From contig NC_134029.1 in the NCBI RefSeq assembly GCF_964204645.1, positions 19,896,950 through 19,960,949 on the forward strand: DNA of 64,000 nt. The letters are read 5' to 3'. Shown here one piece after another: positions 39,578 through 51,700 of this stretch. The notes under the pieces are model-generated. The model was not told where the DNA came from, searched no databases, and saw only the letters and a list, made by a program, of their open reading frames with translations. The translations under genes and the position numbers were made by a program. The stretch is from Tubulanus polymorphus. Its lineage: Eukaryota; Animalia; Nemertea. The first letter of the stretch is position 1. Each line of letters opens with the position of its first letter.

Positions 39578-40119
39578 ATGTCTATTTATTAATTGATAAG
39601 ACCTGTTTTTCTTGGATATTTTGCTTACTTTTTGGGGTACATACCTCTTTTACGTCTTAACAGAATGCCAAAAATCGCGGACAACAACTGAATATCCGAT
39701 ATATTTCCAGTTCTGTACCAATTAGATGGATTGGCAAAAAGACTCCTTAAGTCCAATTGAATGAGAGAGAAAATCCTCCATTTTGTGAAATTTCTTGAAT
39801 TTTTACATTGTCACCATGCCTACGAAATGAAGTTATTTTTCTTGTGGGGGCTCAACAACTAAATCAGGGTGGCGTAGGCATGGTAACAATGTTCAAATCC
39901 AAGAAATTTGACAAAATGGAGGATTTTCTCTCTCATTCAACTGGACTTAAGGAGTATTTTTGCCAATCCATCTTATTGGTACAGAACTGGAAATATATCG
40001 GATATTCAGTTGTTGTCCGCGATTTTTGGCATTCTGTTAAGACATAAATGAGGTATGTAACCCAAAAAGTAAGCAAAATATCCCAGAAAAACAGGTCTCA
40101 TCAATTAATAAATAGACAT
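39578..40119. mobile_element. Fold-back MITE with ~247-bp inverted arms and TA target-site duplication
   Basis: 39578-39824 is the near-perfect reverse complement of 39873-40119, with a 48-bp spacer. Flanked by TA on both sides. Confidence 0.85.
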
Positions 40120-40323
40120 TAGGTTGTATGGTCTCAACAGCGCCTGTCACACCAAATGAACAGTTTGAAAATGATCGAAAACTGCGTAACACAAGAAAAG
40201 TGTTAGTGTAACAAGAAAACTGATAGTTTTACAAACAACCTAGTTCTATGACGAGGCAAAAACTTCACTTGCCATCAAAGATTGCTCGCTATAGCTATGA
40301 GGTCGGAAAAAAATTTCTATATC

Positions 40324-40831
40324 TCTACTGTCTGTCACACATGCTCTTCGTGCGACGTTTTGGTCCGTAATTTCGTTAATAATCGGTTGATCTGTAAATA
40401 TTATGCATCAATTTGTTCAGTAAGGAATTTGCATTCAGAAATAAATCATGAACTGGCAGAAATTTGTTTGTGTTTTCTTCTATCAGCGATAGTTTACCTA
40501 GCATACGCTCGCGTAATGCTGAAAAACGGCTTTTATGGCCCAACACGTGGCGCCACCTACTGTATTTTGATATGCTAATGAGCAGGTGATGACGTCACTG
40601 TAATGTTTCCGAGCGTCCGCGGAGCGGATTTTTCAGCATTACGCGAGCGTATGCTGAGTAAACTATCGCTCATAAATGAAAACAAAAACAACTTAAGTGA
40701 AAATTGTTGTTTATTTCTGAATGCAAATTCCTCACTGAACAAATTGATGCGTAATAAAGGTAGATAAACCGATTATTAACGAAATTACGGACCAAAACGT
40801 CGCACGGAGAGTAGGTGTGACAGACAGTAGA
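40324..40831. mobile_element. Fold-back element with ~200-bp inverted arms
   Basis: TCTACTGTCTGTCACAC... (40324-40526) pairs with ...GTGTGACAGACAGTAGA (40630-40831), with a ~100-bp spacer. Confidence 0.8.
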
Positions 40832-40889
40832 TTGCAGTCTGTCTGACTGCAGTTAAGGTCACCTTTCCACTTTGTGGTGCCAACTGTTA

Positions 40890-41049
40890 TCTAAGCAAGA
40901 ATTTGAGGAAAAAATTCTTTAGCCAAGGAGTGGTCAACCAATGGAACAATCTTACAGAAGAGATAGTATCAGCAAGAAGTACAAACTGTTTCAAATCGCG
41001 CCTCGACAAACACTGGATGACAAAACAATATGAACTGCGAATTACTTAG
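40890..41049 (+). mobile_element. CR1-clade LINE 3' end fragment
   Basis: Translates as LRKKFFSQGVVNQWNNLTEEIVSARSTNCFKSRLDKHW, the typical CR1 ORF2 C-terminus (FFSxRVVxxWNxL...FKxRLD). Confidence 0.75.
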
Positions 41050-42649
41050 TTCGAACTGTTATTACCGATGCGCGATGAACTCTGGCTAAAAACACAGTGG
41101 CAACCTAGTAATAAATAGGCTTTTAAAAAGGGCTTCCGTTTGATTGCAATCTGAACAATACGATACAATTTTGTCAATAAAGAATAGACGAATAGTGTTA
41201 TGTTAGGATAGGTACATATTAAGTAGGGACAAGCCTACTAATTACACTGCGCAGTTAGTCACCGACACCGGGCGAATAGGTCACTGCAGCTTGTGAGTGG
41301 ACTTAAACCAGAATGTCATGTCAATTCAACTTGGAGGTACAGTCACAACAATTTTTTTAAGGATTTATTCGGTCGTAACACTTACCAACTGCTGCCCGAC
41401 AGGTCGGCTCGTAGACTATTCCAGAATTTTCTGGAAGAGCCGATGGAAAAACCACCGCCATGATGTTGTGCAATTACCAATTCAATTCAAACTATATTCA
41501 GAATTTTCCGACGCGCAGCAGGGATATCGGTGGACGTAAATAAAGTATTCTTTACAGAAAGATTAAACCGATCGAAACGCAAATAGATTTGTCCGAAATA
41601 TGCGAACGATGAACTCGCTTAAACGTTCTTCTGGAGCCATCCTCTTTTGTTTGCAGTCTCGACCTCGTTCCAGAGAATCCACGTCCGGGAAATAGCCTAG
41701 CTTTTTACACTTAGCCTAGATACGAAACTAACAACTATCATGAATGTAGAAATTCTGAAATAAATGAAAGGCCTTCAATGAAATCAATAGCCAGGTCTGA
41801 GTTTGCTCTACGAATTATCAATCCATAAGTGTTAAAGCCTGTGTTAGTAGCTAAATGTAGTGGTACATTAGTCCAGGTCACAGCCCAGCAGTGGCGGATT
41901 TAGCGTACCGCACGGGCGCTAATCTAAATAATGCGGTAGTCAACATTTTTCCTCTAACAACATTTTTTTGTATTCTGACGTTGTAATAAACATTAATGCA
42001 TACTGTATCTTAATTTTTAATGCAATATTTATTTCATGGATGGATTTGACTTAGCCTAGCTGATTCCTTGGAAAAAAGTACCCATCATATTAAAACAGGA
42101 TTTTTCTCTTCCAAAACCCAGGAAATGTCATCTCAGGTTTTTAAAATTTTCTGGGGGACGACACTCTGGTACTCTGGTAAAAATACATTTGTGTCTGTCA
42201 GGCCCAGGTGGTGAGCGCACCATAAGACTGGTGTAGTAGTATATTTTACCATGCCACCTCACTCCACCCACCCTGGGGGCTTAACTTGTACTTGAATTTA
42301 AATTTTTGATTTGAAAAACCCCCAAAAATTCGTCAAAAGAAACTCGGTTATCAGAGTGGTCGGAACCAATAATGGAACACACTTACATAGCCTTGTTGAG
42401 GTGCTCGAGCTGGCGGACTGAGTTGATGCAAGCAAACTAGTCTCCCACTGACAAACTGCCGACAAAAGGCACAAAAGATCGTATAGACCCCATTATCCTA
42501 GGTAGATTTATTCGGCCTACCAGTACCTAGATACTGGGGTCAAATAAATTTTGCACCAGCTCTATTTGAGGAATAGTAAAGTGATTTTGATCTTTACTTA
42601 CAGGTTTGTGCCAATTGTTGCAAAATTGTTATCAGCAAATAGGCCTATA

Positions 42650-42780
42650 ATATGGCAATGTCCGCTGACGTCGTAAACAAAAGCGCTAGATAGTCGCGGG
42701 GGGCAAACATTACGACAGAAGGTGAACCAAATAGAAAACTGAATTTGTTAATCATCTTCATTGGCAACAGCGTCGCAATA
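42650..42780 (+). promoter_or_regulatory. Probable IQCM-like promoter/5' region
   Basis: CpG-richer stretch just before the ATG at 42781, with CRE-like TGACGTC (~42667) and an RFX half-site-like TGGCAAC (~42762). Motif-level evidence only. Confidence 0.35.
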
Positions 42781-45700
42781 ATGACGGTCGGATTGTCGGT
42801 TCACGAACAGCTCGGTATTATACAGACTGGATTGAAAAAAGTCCGTAATTCGCCGGTAAGTTCTATTGCGCGGGGACTACCCCCGGACTTGTGTCAGCTA
42901 CGTGACATCAGTCAAAAGTGCTGAAACCTAAAACTTCGTGTTTGAATCCATTTGTGGCCCGTATTGAAAAAAGGAAAAGTGAATCAAAGGTTTCCTCCAA
43001 CGGTATACGGTCGAATTGGCTTGAGCCATCATCCAATTTGCACTAAATGGTTTGTTGCTTTACCCTTTTCAGTGCGTCTACACCGCAGTGTAGTCTAACA
43101 AATTGATGGACTTCGCTAGTACACCACGTTGCAGTGTATTAATGTTATTAGTAATTATCCGTTGAAAGTTGGCAGCACCTGTCAAGCATCATGGAATATT
43201 AGTAACTTACAATACACCGCACCGTGGGATGCCCGTCATTCCACCCGTCTGGTGTGGAATCTTTGAAAATTTTCAAATAATCTCCAGGAGTGTCGGGTAT
43301 TGATACGTCTGCACTGAAAGGGTTAACCAGACCCAATTACGCAGTTCTTGAGTTTATAATAATGATAATAAAAAATGTCTCTTCTATAACGCTGTTCCTT
43401 AAACTCTGCGCAATGTCTGTGAGTTGACCGGGAAACTTATTCCTATTCCAAGATTTTGAAGCATCGAATGAGAACTTGATCTTTCGAATGACGATTTTAA
43501 GATTTGACTCTTGAGTTAACTCATCGAAAATGAACTGATTTCAACTGAAATATCATGACTCTGTAGAACCGGATCCTGGTGTATTGGTTTTCAGGCCAGC
43601 CCTGTTGAAATTTCCGATTTTCCTCTATGTATAGGTCTGTTATCATTTCAGTTGATGCAAGAAAATGAATTTCGTGATATGTATCGAGCCGCCGATCGAC
43701 ATTTCAACGATGTTAAACTCGGCCATCTTACTGGCAAACCGAGGGACTTGCTGTAAGTACCATTCAGTACATCTTACCATTAATGATCTTTATAAGTTCT
43801 GGTTGGATGACAAAAAGCACGTCAACTCTACCAGTTGAATAGTCATTATTGAAGATTTGATTCTTTCTCTGGGTGAGTACCAGTAGTTGAAAATGAACTG
43901 AATTAGTTCATTTTCAATGAGTTTAATCAAATTCTTTTTGGAGTTTTGTCAGTTATTTTAATATTCCTGTACCCAGATGCACAGTTTGGTTAAGATTTGA
44001 TTCTTTAACTCATTGAAAATGTAGGCCTATGGAATAAGTTCATTTTCTATGCATTCACTCTCGATTTAAATCTGAGTCATACAATGAAATTAGCCTTATT
44101 CAAACTAATAACTGTGAAACTGGATTCAAAAGCTTGTATTCGATTTTATTGTTTTGTGTATATGTCATTGCAGCGAGAAGTCTTATAGCGACACGCGTTT
44201 CTACGCGATCCTCATTCGGATGATGACCGATGCGGCCGGGTAAGAATAAAGAATTTTCTACCAGTTTTGAAAAACGAATAAACCCATTAAAATCTTGTTT
44301 CAAAATATTTGAGAATATAGAATTTTCGATGATTTAAAGCCACTTCAGTCACTACCGTAGCCATCATTCCCATCGTAGGGGAGCCTGAACATACTCAGAT
44401 TCAGAATAGCCGCCTATGCTATGTTCGCTAAAAAGCGTGATCGCTCATATAGACATAGTTCGAAAATTTGTTTGTCGAATTGAATTTTGCGAGCTCTTGT
44501 TTTTGACGCGTTGATGGTCTTTATGTCGCCGATCGCACGTAAATTTCGGTCGACAATCTTTTCTTGTAGATGCCTGACTGACAATCGTCAAAAATCAGAC
44601 CTCGAACACGTGCATACGTGGTATTTAACGAACCGTCACGTTCTTCATTCAGCGCCCGTAAGTTTCTACGTATTGTTCATCCATTTAATCATTCAGGTTG
44701 CCAGTTTAAGCCGGAATATTGATGATAAAAACTTTTCAATCATTAAGACATAAAATTGTAGTACGATGACCACACTCAAACGTGGTGAACGGATAATAAG
44801 ATAAAATCCCACTATCTACAGATTAAAAGAATTTAAAAACCAGAATTTATTTATTAAATCTAAAATATATAAATATTTTACTCACTCACCAATTTACTCA
44901 ATTAACCTGTCCTCCTCTGTATATATACCCCTGTTTTTAGTCTATTTCTCACACCTGACGATGATCTCTAGGGTGAGATCGAAACGTCGTGTCTTTTATA
45001 TATTTTAGATTTAATAAATAAATTCTGGTTTTTAAATTCTTTTAATCTGTAAATAGTGGGATTTTATCTTATTACATAAAATTGTGTTCATTAAGACATA
45101 ACATTGTGTTTTTCCGTAAACTGAACATTGCGCTCGTGGAATTTTTGTCTTCTAGAAATTCGGTAAGGCGCGTCAAAAAAGCGAGGCCAATAAATTGCTG
45201 AAGAAAAAGGCGACACCGCGCCTGACAGACGCTCAGAGGCTTCTACGTTTGAATGATTTGAATTCCGTAAGAAGTGAGGTAAGCAAGAAGTGTGTACAGT
45301 AGAATAACCATAGAAGCGATAACACTAAAAACCTCATTTTCTAATGAGTAAATACAGTTTATTAACACGAACGTTTTCAGGTGAAATACAAGTGAATCAA
45401 ATGATTAAACTACAGGTTTATATACGACATAAGTTACAAGGTGTACAGTAGACTCAGTTCACCCCTGAGTAGATTGATCGCCTGGGATTATCCCGTGCAA
45501 GGGGCAATATATCGTTATCTTTGTTTTATCCTGTGTGAATGGTACTGTGGCAGGGTCCCTCCAACTCCTTGTGATTCCTTGAAAACCCCTGAACCAGGTC
45601 TTTTTCCAGGTCTTTGGATATCCTTGAATTTGAGCAAAATGCTCAAAAATGTCCTTGACTGAAAACCCCTTGAATTTTGAGAAATTGGAAATTAGAAAAT

Positions 45701-48700
45701 TTTTAGGTTTTAGGCCTAGTTATTATGTTTTGCCAAGATATTTAGGAGCGGTCTACAGTAATTAAGGGATATGAAAGTGATGCATACACTTCTACTGCAT
45801 TTCCATTTTCGCGCATTTCATCTCTTATTCGGATGATTTGATTTGACTGATTTCAGTCACGTTCGGGAAGGAACACGACGTCGCCATCAACAAATTCTCA
45901 ACTTAACACCAAAGTTAGCACCAAGAGTAACGAGGTGAGTAGCCGGATAATTTACCCAATAGATTGGTCACGCTGCAGCAACAATCGCGACTAGTCACAT
46001 TTTCCAAACGTCTAGAATATCGTATATATTGCTTATATCTATAGCATCATTGATACGATGAAAAATTGAATTCATTCATTCATTCATTCTGTGTTAATGC
46101 ATACATTTTTTGTACTCACTGCTTATCGTTTGTTTATGCGCATGCATTAAAGGCTGGCGGTCGTAATGAAATTTCATCACAAGCACTGCTCACGCCGGCT
46201 CCTACCACGACGCCACAAGCCTCCGACGACGAAGACGACACCGTTCCGAGTCCGGTGCCTCAAGTTCATATAACGATTCACGAGAAAACCGACTCGCTGC
46301 CGATACATGTACGTAACCGTATATACAAACGGCATGCGATTAACTAAGACTGTTTGAAATATTTCACTATCAACTTCACTTTGCTTTCACTCCTATAATC
46401 GGCCTTAGCATCACTCTTACAGGGTCCCTACGACTCCTTGATTCCTTAGAAACTCCTGCTCAATTAAAAATGCTCTTAAAGGTGCTTGAAACTAGTTTAA
46501 TTTGAGCAAAACATCAGACACTCATTTGAAACTCCTTCAATTTCGAAAAGAATAGGCTATTCTTTGTAGTTGGACAGCAGTAGACTTCTCCTAAATTGGT
46601 ACAGTTGGGACCAGGATTTTTTTCTTGGCCCAATTAGTTTCAAAATGTAAAACCAAGTTTAGCAGTGTAAACAATTAGAATTGCTTATGAAACCACTGAG
46701 TAAATGGTTTCGCTGAGATAAACAATACCGATTTATCAGGATTGTACTGTAATTTGAGATATGAAAGACGCAGATACCTCTTTGAAAATTGAAATTTTCT
46801 CCAAGTTAAAACTCTGAAATGTTTACCCTACTTATTACAGAGTTTTAAAGCATGAGCTATATGCTTATGACATGTATATGCTTATGTATTACCAAGGAGC
46901 TGGCCAGAAAATGTAGCTATGAATATATTGCTGAACTTTAATCATCAGAAACTATCCTCTTTAGAATGAAGCTTTATAGTTTGAAATTAAACTTCAGGGG
47001 CCGGATGCTCAAAAGTTAGTTAAAGATAACTACCGTTCTAACGATAAACTTTTAATTGTTGCTACATCAACTACCCACTGGTTAACTCTAACCAAAATTT
47101 TGAGCAACCGGGCCCAGTTTTTCAATGTGGCCTGTCATTATGATAGTAGTATATGAATGATTTTTTTGTGTACAGGGTAGCAGGGCTGCGAGTGCCGCTT
47201 CACTTCCCCGCCAGACTGACGTGCCGGTATCTGTCTCTAAACCGAAAATGGTTCATCCGATCTCGAGTCTGATCAATCCTCATGCCCATTATCAACCGTC
47301 GGATGAAAGATCAAAGGGTACGTGACGATTGAATATCTCGAAAAAATGAATACCGGTACATCATTGTTCCCACAGTACAGGGAAATCGGGAAAACTTGAA
47401 TTGGGAAATTGGGAATTTTGAAATAATAATCTAATTTGAAAATATTTGGGAATTTGAGAAATAATCCTCTGATCGGGGAAATATTTGGGAAATTCATTTG
47501 CATTCCACGTATTGCATTCGCCAAGGGCAACTTTCTTAAGCAATTTCTCTTGAAAATGGCTTTTATCAACCAGTCACCACTAAAATGTTGACTGTAGTAT
47601 GATGATATCTGTTCACATTTCCATTTGGAAAAATTGAAAAATGGCCGTTGAAATACTTGGGAAAAACATGGGAATTTTTAATGCATGTAATTGTGGGAAC
47701 CATGGGTACATGTATTACAGGGAACTGACTAATATTTAGTTCAATTTTTGTTTCCTTGAAACTGAGCAATGTACGAAATATCTATAATTTGTTTTTATCG
47801 GCATATGAATTTCTTCGAATATTCAGAAGTGCTCCGGAATCCCGAAGATTCGATGGACAAAGCTGCGAAACTTCGAATGTGGAAGGCTTTTCAAGAAGAA
47901 CATAAAAGCGGCCAAGATATATTAGGTAGGTTGGCCTTCAGAAAAAGAAAATGAAACAGATATTCTTTAGTCTCTTGTGAAAATCCAGTGAAAATAGATA
48001 TCGATTCGTCCTGATTTTTCTTTCGGTATCCTAGATTATCAATACCAGGGCCCAGTTTCACGAAAAAGTTTAAGCCTAAAACGGTTAAGTTTGAATTGTT
48101 GTCCTGATTGAAAACATGAAGTAACAAATGGCATTTACACCAAATATTTGAGTTTAACTTTTTTGAGAAACTGGGCCCAGGACCCACTTCCACAGTTGTG
48201 AATAAGAGTTAACTCTTCAGTTAAAGTTAGTACATTTTCGATGAGTTAACTCACGAGTTATATCTTAACTCCGGAACTGTGGAACTGGACCCTGATCGTC
48301 GTGCGGTGAAAATTCTCAATAACCGTTCGCTTTGTTTTTCGTTTGTAGAGAAATTGCAGTTTTGCGGGCGTAACGGGTGTCCGTATGGCCAGCGTTATGT
48401 GGCGCACGAAATGGGCGAATCACCGGAATATTACACGAATAACATCGTCGCTGAATACACGGCTAAATTCGACCAGCTCGAATCGACGACACAGAAGGGT
48501 AAATAAATCCGATTTACATTTCATAAGGCTCCGATCATGTATATGTTTTACCATGTCCTGTTAGATTATGCAAGTCACTGCAATACCCGGTATTTTAAAG
48601 ACATTTTGATAGATTCATTTCCCTGTTTTACTTGCAAGTCATTGGTGTAATCTGTATTTATTTCAATTGTAATAGCCCTTTAGAGCCTTTTTGGATTGAA

Positions 48701-51700
48701 ATCTATCAATTTTGTATGATTGTGATTACAGTGATAATGATATGGTGTTGATTGATTAAGAGTGGTAGTATCATAAGTTCCTGGTCATCATCAGTGCCTC
48801 TGTCTATGGCCATGGGCTTGCTGGGGTCCTTTTTTCTGTCAAAATTTATAGATTATTGTATACATCGCTTACCGAGGTATATTTGTATTATCATTGATAC
48901 GATGAAAATGAATTCATTCGTTCGTTCTGCTTTTAATTCAGCGTCAAACGATTTTGAGAAAAGTAAACTACTCGCGCAGACATTGGAAGACCTGTACAAA
49001 ACGGCGGGGAGGATGTATCCGGCCGACCAAACGAAATATCCAGGTTTCCGTCCCAGATCTTCGCCCAGTACAGGAAGAGCGAATTACAGGTAAAATAACG
49101 TCTCTATGATTCTATAATATCTACTACTGATTTAAATTTTTAGTTATATTCTCTGTTGTATTATATAATTACCCCCTAGCTTTCTTCTCTTTAACCCTTT
49201 CAGTGCTGGCTAATTAATATCCTATAGTGCTGGAGATAATTTGAAAATTCTGAAAAATTCCACCCTAGTGTGTTGAATAACGGGAATAGCACTATAGTGC
49301 GTCTACACCCTGGCGCGGTATATCGTTAGTTACTAATATTTCACTATGTTTGACAGGTGCTACCATCTTTCAAGAGAGATAATTAGTAATTACTAATTAA
49401 ATCAATACACCGCAGTGCGGTGTACTAGCAAAATCCATCACTGATTCGTACACCGCACTGCGGTGTAGATGCACTGAAAGAGTTAATCTGTTTTTAGCAT
49501 GAGAATGTTTCTGTGTTAATTTTCCCATAGTTTGTATCGCTTTTGATTACTTAAATTAGTCTTTTTTTGTACAGGATTCTATGTAAATTTCATAATTTCT
49601 GCTGTAATTCAGTAAGCTTATTCCTGAAGATGGTTATTAGAATATAGTCGAAACGTTGTATAAACTGCTAGCTCTAGAAAACATTTTTTCGGACTTGTCT
49701 TTCATTATAATTGTGGGTTTCTTTATTATCGTCAAAACACGGATTAGCGTGTTATTAATGGTGGTCTCTATAATTCAGCTTAGTTTCGATATTAACAGAA
49801 AGAGGTTTTCATATAGAAGATTATCCAGTTTCTAAAACATCTTATGAACTAACCATACATGTATTTCAGATCCGACGAAAATACAAATGAACCCGCGACG
49901 GTAAGCACTGTCAATATGGAAGACGTTCTGTCCATGATCGACCATGTAACAGATGATATGACGACATATAAAGAAAGGGTTAGTCTCATGTGATTTAGTA
50001 TATCAAACGCCAACATTAGGATCCTCGTAAAAACACCTTTGAACAGTCATCTCCTAGGCTAGGTTATGTCGTCCTCCCTGGCAGGGATTCGAACCGGATA
50101 GCATCGCTACACTCAGTCATGGCACGTACTCCTGCCACACTAGACCGGGTGTACAGCAGATTGCTCAAACGCTGAGTAAATTTCATGGAGGAACCATAAA
50201 TGGAAAAACCCGGGCTAACATAAAACAGCATTTCGTACCGTGACGAGTCTCGATGCCATCATGTTCGAATCCCTGCCGAGGGCGGATGGGTTACGTTTCT
50301 GATTCTTGTTTGATAACCACCAGAACATCATTTTGGCTATTATTCAACTTTTTGAAGGTTTTTGTTATCACTGGGATCAGCTTCCATATATATTATATTC
50401 ATGTAAATTCAATTGAATAAGAATATTCCCTATAACTGATACCATTGATCATTATTGATTATAGTTGGTACCATCGCCGGGGCCTGGTTTCAATAAACCA
50501 ACGATGTCGGTGAATGAAGCTACTGTCAGAGCTCAATCCGCTCCGGTTAGGAGGATCGACATCAGCCCGCATTCAGCGTGAGTACACGAGATAATCTTTG
50601 AAAGATAGGTGCAAATCTCCGGCAACTTCTGAGCCCATTGATGATTCATACAATCTACAAACAGAACTTGGCATTTGATGTGAGAGTGATTGTTGTATCA
50701 AAATATGCCCTCAGATACGAGAAATCCTTCTGAGAACTCTCTAACTCTTATTCCTATTAATCGTTTATTGATGAATTGATGATCATTTAATTTACTGTTT
50801 GAAACTGGTGTGAAATAGGCGTTTAATGGTCCCTTCCATTCATTCAATGTACAGATCGCCGTGTCTGACACCGACTGATATTAGACCACCCGATGAAACC
50901 GATTGGAAAGTGCATTTCCCTCGTGAATCGGCTAATGCGTCGCCGACGTCTGCCGTCGTGCAAGCTATCGACTGGCGAGGCAAAGTCGAACCGGAATCGA
51001 CGAGATACAAGTAAGTCGGTTGGACAATTGACTAGCGGGAAAAAATTGATAAACTGTCAGAGGAGTTTAGCGCTCCAACTCGAATTCTATGGGCAGAATA
51101 TTGACTAGGGCATGAAAATTGCAATACCAGTAGTTCATTTCAAATGATTCAAATTTCCTAGACTTATTGATACATGATTTAGCAGTAACTCGTAAATGAA
51201 TCCAAGCGACAAAATTTGGTTCAAAAGTTGAATACTATAAAATGAATTAATTTCAACTGTGTTGTATTGCCAAATCCAACCACATGCCTTCGGAATTGTA
51301 TTGATCTTATACAACAAACCAAAAAGAACCGATATCTATTTGAATTTCAGATGGACCGAAACGGGTTTCGGAAGCCACACGTACGTGAAGAAGCTGAGCA
51401 AGAAATCGTCGCCGCGAACCCGCGCCGTCGGAAGTACGTCAGCGGGTGGACGCCCGAAAACAGCACCGACAACGACGCAAGAAAAATGGAAAACCGAGAA
51501 GGTTCGTTTCTTATCTTAATGCCGCGGAATTTTTGTAAACGATCTTAGACGAACGAATGACGTTTGTTTCTCAAATATGTAAGATATAAGTTCGAATATC
51601 GAAAGATGATAATGATTGAACGGTTTTATTTTTTTTGCAGCCATCCGATCAGAACACAAATGTAAAAGGAGCGGCGTCTCATCATGCTAAAGAGATCGAT

